NCBI GenBank assembly: GCA_026023565.1
Contig: JAPETS010000008.1
Location: 434,001 to 498,000 of the forward strand
DNA from: Cirrosporium novae-zelandiae
Lineage: Eukaryota
Reading direction: 5' to 3'
Length of the DNA: 64,000 nucleotides
This document shows, in pieces, positions 1-10,006 of this stretch. Position numbers and translations under genes: made by a program. The notes beneath the pieces were generated by a model, which saw only the letters and a list, made by a program, of their open reading frames with translations, did not search any database and was not told the DNA's origin. Position 1 is the stretch's first letter, and the number at the start of each line of letters is the position of its first letter.

Positions 1-855
1 ACATTATGCAGGTACAAACACACGTTTTTCGTCTGATGTTTATGAACGCGCGTCCTTGGCTGGGGTTTCCCTCCAAACTACGCTTTCTGATATCCTTTAG
101 GCCATGCTTAGACCTTAACAGACACCTTGTATTGAACTCCAATTATCCAATACTATCCACATCTCTCCACCTTTGCACAGTTCCCCAATAGTCAGATAAC
201 TTCTGTTTCAATGTTTGGTCTTGATGGGTCTTCTAGACTTCTTGGCCGAGTCCGCCTATGGTCCAAAGAGCTTCCCGCCGCTCGTCCCACCTCAGGGCAC
301 TCGCTGATGGTCATGGCGGTTGGGTGTCAAACCATCATCTTATCCTCTTCTTTTTCATGTCAGGCTAACCTTTTCCCCTGACTTCTAACAGGTTGACAAA
401 CCCGCCTTGGCTGACGATCACCATGCATTGGTCCTTCTCCATCATCACCCAGAAGGGAATGGTTAATCGACCTCCCAGGATCTTCGAGCCACAAAACACA
501 CTACGGTTTTTGTTCATCTATCTGAGATGTCTGAGTTATGTTTCTGTTTCCTCTTTGAGCTTTGGTAGTCCGTCGTAGAACTGCTTACGCCCAGTGTCAT
601 AGTTCGAACCATGGAAACATGGTTTCCCCTATCCTTTTTGTATATAAGTTTCGCTCTTCTCTTCTTTTGCTCAGTGTCTCCTCTCCATTCAAGTCATTGT
701 CTCCAAGTGCTGTGCATTTCCAACCGTCTTTTTTTTCTCACAACTATCTGTGCTAGTCGCAGTTTTCCACCTTCTTTCAACAAACTAGTCTATCTCTTGC
801 AACAGTCTTTTTTCAAGACTCAATCCTCAATCATCAAACATTCACTACAATCAAA

Positions 856-2100
856 ATGTACTTCAACAACGCCGTCGTTCTCTCCACTGCCGTTCTCGGC
901 CTTCTGTCTGGAACAGATGCCTCTGTCCTCAAATGGCCCCGTAACTTCAAGGGTGGAGTTGAAAGGGCTGCCGACTTCGGTGGCCCAACCGGCTCTGCTG
1001 GTGGTGAAGGAGGTTTCGCAGGAGCAACTGGCGGCATGCCCTCTATGCCCTCTGGAACCGGTGCTGGTTTCGACTCTAACGGATTCAACATGGCCACCGG
1101 CTCTGGTAGCTCCTTCCCCACTGGAGGTTTCGCTAGTGGTGGTTCTTTCGCTACTGGAGGTTTCCCTGCTGGTGGTTCTTTCCCCACTGGCTCCGGCGGT
1201 CTCTCTATGCCTTCTGGCACTGGTGCTCCACAAATGGGCGGTCAACGACGACGTGCCCTCGAATTCGGCAAGAGGTTCTCTATGCCAAGCGGTAGCGCTA
1301 CTCAAGGCGGTGCGATGGCAACTGGCGGATTCAGCTCTGGGTCCGAGTCCGGCTCCTTTGGAGGGTTCTCTGAAGGCAGTGCTCAAGCAACTGGTAGCTC
1401 CGGCTCCAGCTATGGTTCCGGTTCCTTTGGAAGTTTCTCCGAGGGCAGCGCTCAAGCAACCGGTAGCTCCAACTCAGGCTCTTTCTCTATGCCCTCTGGC
1501 GTCAGCAACAATGTTCAAGAGTCCGGAAGTGCTCAAGCTAGCGGCAGTTTCCAGAGTGGTGCTCAGGCTAGCGGCCAAGGTAGTGCCATGGCCACCGGTA
1601 CCAGCAGCTCTGGATATGGATCGAGCAGCTCTTCTCAGGGTGGCATGAGCGGATCCCAGGGTTCAGCTCAAGCCTCTGGCACCAGCGGTGGAATGAGCTC
1701 ATCTGCCTCTGGATCTGCCCAAGCTTCCGGCGTTTCTGGTAGCATGAGCGGAGAATCTTCTCAAGCCAGTGGCAGCTCCATGCCCATGCAATCTGGAACT
1801 TCGTCATCTGGATCTTTCGGGTCCTCTACCGAATCCTCAGGCGCTTCTGAATCTGGATCATATGGATCCTCTACTGGATCCTCAACAGGTGCTTCTGAAT
1901 CTGGATCTTTCGGATCCTCTACCTCATCCTCTACAGGTGCTTCTGAGTCTGGATCTTACGGATCTTCTACCTCATCCTCCACAGGTGCTTCTGAGTCTGG
2001 ATCTTCTACCTCATCCTCTTCAAGCTCTTCTGAATCAGGCTCCTCTGATTCCGGCTACTCCAGCGACAGCAGCGATTACAGCTCCGATGAGTCCAAATAG
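856..2100 (+). CDS. Secreted Gly/Ser-rich low-complexity repeat protein (414 aa, intronless), possible Kex2-processed precursor
   Basis: ATG in good context (CAAAATG). Hydrophobic signal peptide MYFNNAVVLSTAVLGLLSGTDA. Basic sites RRR and KR. Repeats SMPSG, GSAQA(S/T)G and GS(F/Y)GSSTxSSTGASES. TATA-like TATATAA near 641. Confidence 0.85.
   Translation: MYFNNAVVLSTAVLGLLSGTDASVLKWPRNFKGGVERAADFGGPTGSAGGEGGFAGATGGMPSMPSGTGAGFDSNGFNMATGSGSSFPTGGFASGGSFATGGFPAGGSFPTGSGGLSMPSGTGAPQMGGQRRRALEFGKRFSMPSGSATQGGAMATGGFSSGSESGSFGGFSEGSAQATGSSGSSYGSGSFGSFSEGSAQATGSSNSGSFSMPSGVSNNVQESGSAQASGSFQSGAQASGQGSAMATGTSSSGYGSSSSSQGGMSGSQGSAQASGTSGGMSSSASGSAQASGVSGSMSGESSQASGSSMPMQSGTSSSGSFGSSTESSGASESGSYGSSTGSSTGASESGSFGSSTSSSTGASESGSYGSSTSSSTGASESGSSTSSSSSSSESGSSDSGYSSDSSDYSSDESK
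1810..2040 (+). repeat. Coding tandem repeat, ~48-nt (16-aa) unit with alternating Phe/Tyr
   Basis: Units like GGTGCTTCTGARTCTGGATCTTWCGGATCYTCTACCTCATCCTCYACA repeated about 4 times. Confidence 0.85.
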
Positions 2101-3430
2101 AGTACTATCTCTTGACCCCAAACGGTGCTAGTTTTGAGACCCCCCCCCCCAATGGTATCGCATGGATTTAATGAAGGAGATTATGATGCGAAAACGGTGG
2201 ATCTAATTGGAATGCGACGAAAACAAAAAAACTCGGTGTGTGAATTGGTGGAAAAGATTAACCTTGGCTATTGGATCACCTTAGCCTGTGTGAAATTTTT
2301 TTATATTGGACTATAAGTGTGTGATGGTGGATCCCTTGATACCTTTTTATTTTCTTGTGAGATATCTAACCCCAAATGACGGATGGGAACTTGTACGTCA
2401 ACGTTCTTTCAAAAATTTCTTGTACCTAAAACGGCTCGGATTAGGGGGGGGGGGACCAGGTGTCTTCCCCCTTTTTTTTTTGGGCTGTCTTTCAAAATAG
2501 AGGAGAACCAAAAAGTTTCGAGGAATTTTTCGTGTGTACTTGTAGAAGTGTAGAGTGTAGTAGTGTACTTCTATTGTTGACCTTTGTCTACTTTTCGTAA
2601 TCCTACCAAATATCTCAAGGAAAGAATATTCTAAATTCTCAAAAAAAAATTATTTTTCCCTTTACAAGTCAAGTCATAATCTAAAATAAATGAATATAAA
2701 ACCCAACTTTCAACAAAAACTCTTCATCGCTTCACCAATTTCTACGCGCAAGGGGCGGATTTAAACACCCATCTTTACTTTTACATCCATTCGTATCCCC
2801 ATCCCTACCCCCCTCGGAAATAAAATAAAACAAACTCATAACTAACAACCACGCCTATAGAAAGATTAAAGATAAAGGGGACGGGAGGGAAGCCTCGCGG
2901 CCGCGACGAAGCGAGGCGAGGCGTGTTGGTCTGGGCTTCGTAATCTTGCTCACTTGCTCACTTTGTTTGTTTGTTTTGTTTGTTTGGTCTTTAATTACCT
3001 AGGTACTCATGAAAGTGAAAGTGGGATTGTAAGTAAGGGAGTGAGAGAAGGAGGGAGAAAGAAATGTGGAGTTTTTGTTTGGGTTGTATTATTTTGGGGG
3101 GTTGATGGTTTGGGATTTGAGGCTTAGGATAGGTACCTAGATGATGAATAGATTAATGATGGATGAATATTTATTTATTTATTTTTCTTTTCTAATTTGC
3201 TATAGTACATTTTGAGTTGTGGTACTGTAAGGCTGTGGTTAATTAATTAAGCAATTGTCTCGTTTGCTTATTTCCCATGTAGCTTGTTTTTTTTCTTTGT
3301 CGTGTGAGGTCGAGTGTAGCGAATGAGTGAGAGTGCCCTTGCCTTTTGTTGCTTTGGTGGTAAGCTCTAATATCATAGATATCCTTTTCCATCCATTTAT
3401 CCAGTCAAGATGTGAAGACACCCCTCCCTC

Positions 3431-4516
3431 TCAAAAACCCCCTTTAGGTGTATCCAACTCCAATTGCTTAGGCACCACAAACAAGCCCTGAGCAGAGCAA
3501 ACCATATCCCCCTTCCCATCATTCATAGTCCCCACCACCCACCTTTTCCGCTCACTAACCTGGGCTGAACCCGTGCTCCCACTCTGCTCATGTTTCCTAA
3601 AGCTCTCGGTCGTCAGCGGCCCATCGCTGGGCGCTAGAACGGCCTCGATGATATATGTCTTCGAAGGTGCCACCGGCGCGTAGTAGTTTACGTTGAGGAA
3701 TGCGGTCATGACGGATTTGTGTGGGGGAGGGAGGGTGCGCGTGGCGAGGCGGCTCATCATCTCGTCGAGGAGTGTGGCAAGGGCACCCCCGTGGATGAAG
3801 CCGGGCCAGCCGACTAGTTTGGGGCCTATGGAGACTATGGCTAGGAGGACTTCGTCTCTGGGATTGTAGAATATCCTCTGTGTGGGGAAAGATGTGTTAG
3901 CTTGATGGTTTTTTAAGGTTTGTGTTTTTTTGTCCTCTGTATTTTTTTGTCTTTCTTGTGCAATGTGTGGGTAATGTGCACATGCAATATCAAGCGATAA
4001 TGCAGAAAAAAAACCTACCTGCATTACCAACCCATCCTCACCGCCAAGTGGACCAGCCGTATACAGGTGTTTCTTCTCTTCCTCCTCCAATCCACTATAT
4101 GCTTCCCATTCTAGCCAACCCTCTTGTTCTCGTAACAGCGATATAGCCTTATTAGAAGACAACTCCCTCACTACCCAGTCCGTCAAAGTTTCCCCCTCAT
4201 CTACTAGGCCCAGCTTTTTCGCTATCTTGTAGGCACCCCGATCACCACTCTTGCCTTCAACGTCGGGAACCGATTTTGATCCGTAGCGGTAGCCTAGGCC
4301 TGTAAATATCGCAATGTAGAGGAGGCGACGGAATAGAAGACCTATTCGGAAAAGAGGTTGGGGGGCTGGGAAGTACGTGTTTGGGACGGTGTTGGCGGTG
4401 CGACGGAAGGTGAGTGTGTTGTTGCTGTTGGTGAGATGGGTTCGGGGAATTATTATTCTTCCTCTAGGAAATATGGTGCGAGTCGATGAGACCAGCGGTC
4501 TCAAGAACGCCCGCAT
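3431..4516 (-). CDS. Hotdog-fold (PaaI/4HBT) thioesterase, probably mitochondrial (Fmp10-like); one intron at 3878-4018
   Basis: Motifs GWPGFIHGGALATLLDE and VMTAFLNVNYYAP. Arg-rich presequence-like N-terminus followed by a TM segment. Intron GTAGGT..GCTAAC..CAG of 141 nt. Confidence 0.85.
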   Translation of the reverse strand: MRAFLRPLVSSTRTIFPRGRIIIPRTHLTNSNNTLTFRRTANTVPNTYFPAPQPLFRIGLLFRRLLYIAIFTGLGYRYGSKSVPDVEGKSGDRGAYKIAKKLGLVDEGETLTDWVVRELSSNKAISLLREQEGWLEWEAYSGLEEEEKKHLYTAGPLGGEDGLVMQVGFFSALSLDIACAHYPHIAQERQKNTEDKKTQTLKNHQANTSFPTQRIFYNPRDEVLLAIVSIGPKLVGWPGFIHGGALATLLDEMMSRLATRTLPPPHKSVMTAFLNVNYYAPVAPSKTYIIEAVLAPSDGPLTTESFRKHEQSGSTGSAQVSERKRWVVGTMNDGKGDMVCSAQGLFVVPKQLELDTPKGGF

Positions 4517-5092
4517 TGTCTAGTAAAAAAAAGAAAAAGAGGTTGTGGAGTGGGGAGTTATATGAAGTTGAAGAGAGGCATTGCGGTTCCTGATTTACAG
4601 TACAGTGCATACGTCAGAGCCGAGATTCTGCCGTGTCGCAACCAAAAAAATTTGATTGGAAGTCATCACGAAGTATACAGCAAACTGGTAGGTGTCAAAA
4701 GCGGCTGAATTCACCAATTCATGCTAGAGAGCCCTTTAAGCAAAATGATGTTTTGATTAATTAATCCCTTCTTTAATCATCAATGTGACTCGGAAGTTCA
4801 TGTCCGCATCAAACATGGCCGAACGCGGTCATTTAGTTTCTGTCGAGACCTCACTCCTACTCTGAATACCGAATTTATCACGGACCTTTAGCCGTGTAAC
4901 TGTTTTATGTCAGTATTAATTGGGAAGCGATTGGAGAATCAGTGGACTGGTGTTCATTGCTTGAAGTCTCCAGATCTGCTTTCTACCCCGCCAGCCCACA
5001 TATTGGAATGCGACGCGATTGTCTATTTGTTTTCTCGCTATAAGATTAGCTCTTCTGATATTCTTTTAACATTTCTTCTTACTTCTGTCACT

Positions 5093-7015
5093 ATGAAGTT
5101 TCTTGTGTATGGCATCTATTTTATCGCTCTCCTTTCAATAGGAGTTTCTGAGATATTGCAAAATGGACAAGTTCGTGGTAATCCTTATCCAGGACAAGCA
5201 AGTTTGGTCCAGGTAGCAAATAGCTCCTTCTGGAAAACATATCCTCCAAATTCTACACTGCTCTCCTACAAGGGGAGATGGGATAGCAAGTATATTTCAT
5301 GTTAGCATCAATTAGGTTTGTATATTCTTCAATAATTAAGACTAATATCGCAATTAGGGTGGTCGTTAGCATAGACTTCAATTGGTTCTAGCCTAGAAGT
5401 ATTTATTTATTCTATAGCGCTCCTAGGTTGAAGTTTGGGTTTACTGGAGATGATGTCTACAGAATTAAATCGGACTTATTTGATGAAAGCTGACCCCTTC
5501 AAAGGTCGCCATCAGCTTTGGCAATTATACAGACCAAGGAGTCTCGGTAGCCTACCGGTACCTTATCCATATAGAAAGACTAGGATTCGACAAAAATATC
5601 TTCTAACTGTCTACAGCGTTGATGGACAAGATTGGCAATTCTCCAACGTACCAGATCGATATCTCCAAATCCCTCACTTTCATATTCTAACCATGAAAGG
5701 TCACTGCGAATTCCACATATCAATTTGTCAGCCCAAGCACGACCGGGGTCAATCTTACGGTACCCACAAATGCTGTGCAGACCTTTGAAATCAGAGTAAC
5801 AAACTGGGCCTACGGATAAGTTACTTCGATTTCTGTGGTGGTGTGAGAATCTCTAACACTTATCACTGTGCAGTTAGATAGTATCTCCCTAGCAGCAAAT
5901 GGATCACTCTACAAGCTTCCCCAAATGTCCAAAACGATTGAGATAATCGGAGATTCGTGAGCGATTATAAAACCATGTATACTTTGCCTGGGTTACTTAT
6001 AGGTATTTAGATTGAGCGCTGGCTAATACGCTACATACGAAGTGAGCAACCTCCCTCCACCATCGGAAACTAGCCCTTACCGACATCGCAGGGCATATCC
6101 TCCTGTGCATGGGGTCTTGGTGAAGGCTTCGGCAACATCGAATTCTCCATAACAGCTTACCCAGGAATCTGTCTCACAGACAAGCAATGCTATGGAAACC
6201 ACCACGGTCAAGTATTTCCGAATCTTCTTCCTCTACCCGCTTCAACCTCACCTCCTCACCACATCTAACAGACATACCAATGGTGCCACACAAGCGACAC
6301 TTCTCCCCGCGCAATCTCCATCTGGGGTGACGAGCCTGAACTTTGGAATTTTTCAGCTCATCCTGCCGCGGATATCGTTGTGATTAACCTAGGTACAAAC
6401 GATAACAACACCGTCAACAATGTCACGAACGACGAGTTCTATGATAGCTATATAAATCTCGTGGACGAGGTGCATTACATTTGGCCCTCGGCGCAGATTA
6501 TTCTGTTGGTATGTCTGGTTTTGTAGCTTAGGGGTGGTGTTTTCCCTTCATGAACATATTTTAAGAGAGTAAGTGCATACACATATATAAGCTGACAACA
6601 AAACCTCGGTGATCCCAGAGCCTTTGGAATGGTTTCTCTGCCACCGGAAACACCTACGCTCAAGGCGGCGCTTTCATCACCGAAATCCACGATGTCTATC
6701 GCTACTATCTTTCTTCGTATGATGCGCCATTCGTACATTACTTCAACACCACAGGTATTATGCAACATAACGACATAGTAAGAACCCCCCCAAATTCTCT
6801 CTATTTAATACTACTACTGCCTACACGACATTTACTTACTAACTCTTTTTTTCAAATCTTAGGGACCGCAGTACCATCCCACGGACGTTGGACACATCAA
6901 GCTAGCGAGCCATCTACTGCAGTATATCCAGCTGATGTTCGGATGGCAGTTTGGAGCCACGGGTCCGGAAGTACAAGTACAAACACTGTATTGGAATGAT
7001 CAAGAAAATTATTGA
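5093..7015 (+). pseudogene. Secreted SGNH/GDSL esterase (lipase/acylhydrolase, CE2-like), 12 exons, in-frame TAA at 6024-6026; pseudogene or null allele
   Basis: Manual splicing gives signal peptide MKFLVYGIYFIALLSIGVS, TIEIIGDS|LSAG*YATYE (block I), VVINLGTND (block III), HNDI|GPQYHP (block V) and TGA at 7013-7015. Includes a 7-nt micro-exon at 5358-5364 and one AT-AC intron. Confidence 0.8.
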
Positions 7016-7294
7016 GGGTTTTGGGGAAGGAATGTTTTCTCTCATTGGCCAATTAGCCTGCGAGGTCTTTTACTTAACTAGCTATACTAGGGCTGTTAGA
7101 ATTAGAATTTAACCTTTCTCGTTATCATTGAGAGGTAAAGTATTAAGGATGTGAAATTGTAGATAATTGAAATTGAGAGAAATTTTGTAAATACTTGAGG
7201 AAAAATTTATCATAACAGTATGCCTCCGCACCCAAAAAGCACAATATACTCACCCAATAAGACCCCCATCCAAGCTTCACTCCGCCTTACTAAT

Positions 7295-8266
7295 TTAGCC
7301 CATAAACTCCTTAATTTCAAACCCTCTCTCAGTTAACATTCCATTTGCCCAGCCCCATACCTTATTCATCTCCTCTGGATCATTAAAAAATTTATCTGCA
7401 CTCCCCACGACCTTCCCCACCGGCTCCAAATACTTCCCGCTTAGCAAGACAGCGTCAGGGCTCGTAGCGCAAAAAAGAGAGTTCTTGGCGCCCTCGAGTG
7501 GGGACACTGGACCTGGAAGGTGCATGGAGGCGCGAACCAGCATGCCAAGGAAGGTAGGGTCGCCCGTCTGGAGGTTCGTTTTTATGATTCCCGGGTGGAC
7601 AGCATAAAAAGCGATGGAAAAGCTGGAGTAGAAATGGGTGTGGAGCGCGTGTGCTAGGAGGATGCAGGTGAGCTTGCTATTGGCATAGCGTTTCCAGTTT
7701 GCAGACCAGCCTGCTGTTTGGGACATGTTGGGGTCGGAATAGGAGATTGATTTTACCAGGAAGGCGGCGTTACTGGAGACGAAGATAACGCGGACACGGT
7801 GATTGGGGGGGTGGTTGGCTGTTACTGCTGCGCGGAGGACTGGGAGGAGGTACAGAGTTAGGAGGTGGTGGGCTAGGCCGTTGACTTGGAGCTGGGCATC
7901 GAATCCGTCTTCGGTGACTTGGTATGGGATGGCCATGACGCCGGCATTGTTGAAGAGGAGATCCAGTTTTGTTTCTTTGGACATGAATTCGTCGGCGGCG
8001 GCTTTCACGCTCTTCAGGCTCATGAGGTCCAGGTGGAGGTAGTGTAGGTCGAGGGTTTGGCCGCCGTGGGAGGATTTCATTTTGTTGATGGCGTCTCTGA
8101 CACGTTCGGAGGACCGTGAGGCAATGTAGACGCGGGCGCCGTGGAGGGCGAGGTTGAGTGCGGTTTCGTAGCCAACACCCGAGTTGCCACCTGTGACTAT
8201 CGCGGTGTAGGTGGAGAGAGTTGGCATGGAGGTGACCTCGAAGGTGGGGGCGGATTTGCAAGGCAT
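7295..8266 (-). CDS. Short-chain dehydrogenase/reductase (retinol-dehydrogenase-like subgroup)
   Basis: TGGNSGVG, NNAG, YANSK (YxxxK), VHPG motifs; first ATG at 8266 (MPCKS). Confidence 0.92.
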   Translation of the reverse strand: MPCKSAPTFEVTSMPTLSTYTAIVTGGNSGVGYETALNLALHGARVYIASRSSERVRDAINKMKSSHGGQTLDLHYLHLDLMSLKSVKAAADEFMSKETKLDLLFNNAGVMAIPYQVTEDGFDAQLQVNGLAHHLLTLYLLPVLRAAVTANHPPNHRVRVIFVSSNAAFLVKSISYSDPNMSQTAGWSANWKRYANSKLTCILLAHALHTHFYSSFSIAFYAVHPGIIKTNLQTGDPTFLGMLVRASMHLPGPVSPLEGAKNSLFCATSPDAVLLSGKYLEPVGKVVGSADKFFNDPEEMNKVWGWANGMLTERGFEIKEFMG

Positions 8267-8454
8267 TGTGGAGGGTGATAAATATAACTTGTATGATACT
8301 ATAGTCAAAGATATTGAAGTTTGGATTGTAGTAGCCGAGTTAGATGGTCAAATATTATACTTAATGTTTGAAAACAAGGAGAGAATGATATGGATTGATG
8401 TCGAGAATGGCAATACATTGTTGAGATTATATACGTTATTTGCTTCATATACAG

Positions 8455-8603
8455 ATGTCAGAAAGGTCAGAAAAGTCTTGGAATTAACAGCCATGATGGA
8501 CAAGTTGTCAGAAAACAATTTCAACGGTCAGAAAGAAGGTAGAAAGAAAATAGAAATGTGAAAGACAATGAAATGTCAGAAAGGTCAGAAAATGATGGAC
8601 AAG
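8455..8603. promoter_or_regulatory. Divergent-promoter array of six GTCAGAAA motifs
   Basis: GTCAGAAA at 8457, 8466, 8507, 8527, 8575 and 8584. The 20-mer ATGTCAGAAAGGTCAGAAAA is duplicated at 8455 and 8573. Confidence 0.55.
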
Positions 8604-8964
8604 AGGATGTATAAACATTTTGGTACTAGGCCGATAAGGGTAAAGATGGCGATTCTCAGATACCAAATTTAACCAGGAGTTTACGTTATAAAACAAGGCT
8701 GCGCCCTCCAAATAAAAATACCGTACCAAATTCTGTAATAACTCTGAAACGACCAACCCCGCTAAATTCTTACATGAACAAACTCGTCCACGTACCGTCA
8801 TTCATTGACTTCTCAAGGTTCAGGTCCCAATCGCATCCACCAACGACCCCAACATCCAAGCATGTTCAATCAGGCACACACTCCGGTAGCTCTAAAGCTA
8901 CCAAAGCCAAAGCCAAACCATCTACCGCTACGAATGCACCAGCAAAACCCCAACACCAACAACG

Positions 8965-10006
8965 ATGGCCTCGGAATCGACTGACCTGCAACTTCGTCTC
9001 AAGTACGCGAATTCGGAAAAGGATGACTGGACCCGAACTGAGGATAAGGCGGAGCGGAAAAGGATCCAGAATCGGCTGGCGCAGAGGAAGAGACGTATGC
9101 TACTACTGCCCATGATGCATATCATCCACCCACCCGTTTTACATGTGGGGTTTCACCTTGAGAAGAAAAGAGGTGCTGATCGAATGGGATGATGGATGAA
9201 TAGGTGAAAGGACACAGAAACAGACTACCAGCAATAACCAATCGAAGAGGAAACCAAAGAAACAGGGCTCTGAATCACAAATCGAGGATGTCACCAATGA
9301 TGACCACGACAACAACAACTCCGACGACGAAGAAACCTCCCCCTCCTCAGGCCGATCGAGTTCCTCCTCCCACACCTCCTCCACCGAAATCGTAGTATCC
9401 TCGCGCCCCCGAAAATTCGACACCATAGCCCGCTACATCGAAGTGCTAATGGCCATCCCCGCCTTCTCCGAACACCACTTCATCAGCCTCTGCAAATACT
9501 CAGTCCTGCGCGCCGCCCTAAACAACCTATCCGTGCTGGGCATCGACCCCTGGCTAATGGCCGACGACGAATCCATCTCCCCACTCACAGTCGTAACCCT
9601 AGACGAAGCCCGAGCCACACAATCCCCGCCACCCCCAAAATTCCCACCAGCACTCACCCCCACCGCCGTGCAAATAACAACTATCCACCACCCCTACATC
9701 GACATCCTAGCCTCCCCCTCCCTTCGGAACAACATCCTCCTTGCTCAGCTCACCGACGAGCAGGAGGATCAGCTCTGCTACGACCTCACCTCCATGGGCT
9801 TCACCGTCTGGGGTAGCCAGCCCTGGGATCCTATGGGCTGGGAGGTCTCGCAGGACTTTATCGATAAGTGGGGTTGGCTCGTCGATAGGGATACGGTAAG
9901 GTTCTCGAATTTTTGGAGAAGAGAGAGGGGTGAGGAGCCCCTGGTGGAAATTGATTTGGGGTTTGATCCTGCGGTTGCGGCTGCTTTGATGTTGGAGGAG
10001 CTGTGA
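8965..10006 (+). CDS. bZIP-like basic region plus DUF3425-type transcription factor; intron 9095-9203
   Basis: DDW..ERKRIQNRLAQRKRR basic region. C-terminal L.PT..Q....HHPYID, WGSQPWDPMGWEVSQDFIDKWGWL and SNFWRRERGEEPL. Removing the GTATGC..GCTGAT..TAG intron joins the two ORFs in frame. Confidence 0.88.

Noticed and set aside
611..1648. 345-aa overlapping ORF (and antisense ORFs 820-1455, 834-1220) over the secreted repeat gene
   Set aside because: Shadow frames of a Gly/Ser low-complexity CDS whose codons rarely create off-frame stops; no recognisable domain.
5816..5866. U12 (minor spliceosome) intron interpretation
   Set aside because: Lacks the ATATCCTT 5' site and the TTCCTTAAC branch consensus; signals are U2-like.
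6024..6026. Stop-codon reassignment or A-to-I stop correction
   Set aside because: Other genes here end normally at TAA. A-to-I correction would give Trp and need two edits, whereas a single C>T from CAA explains it.
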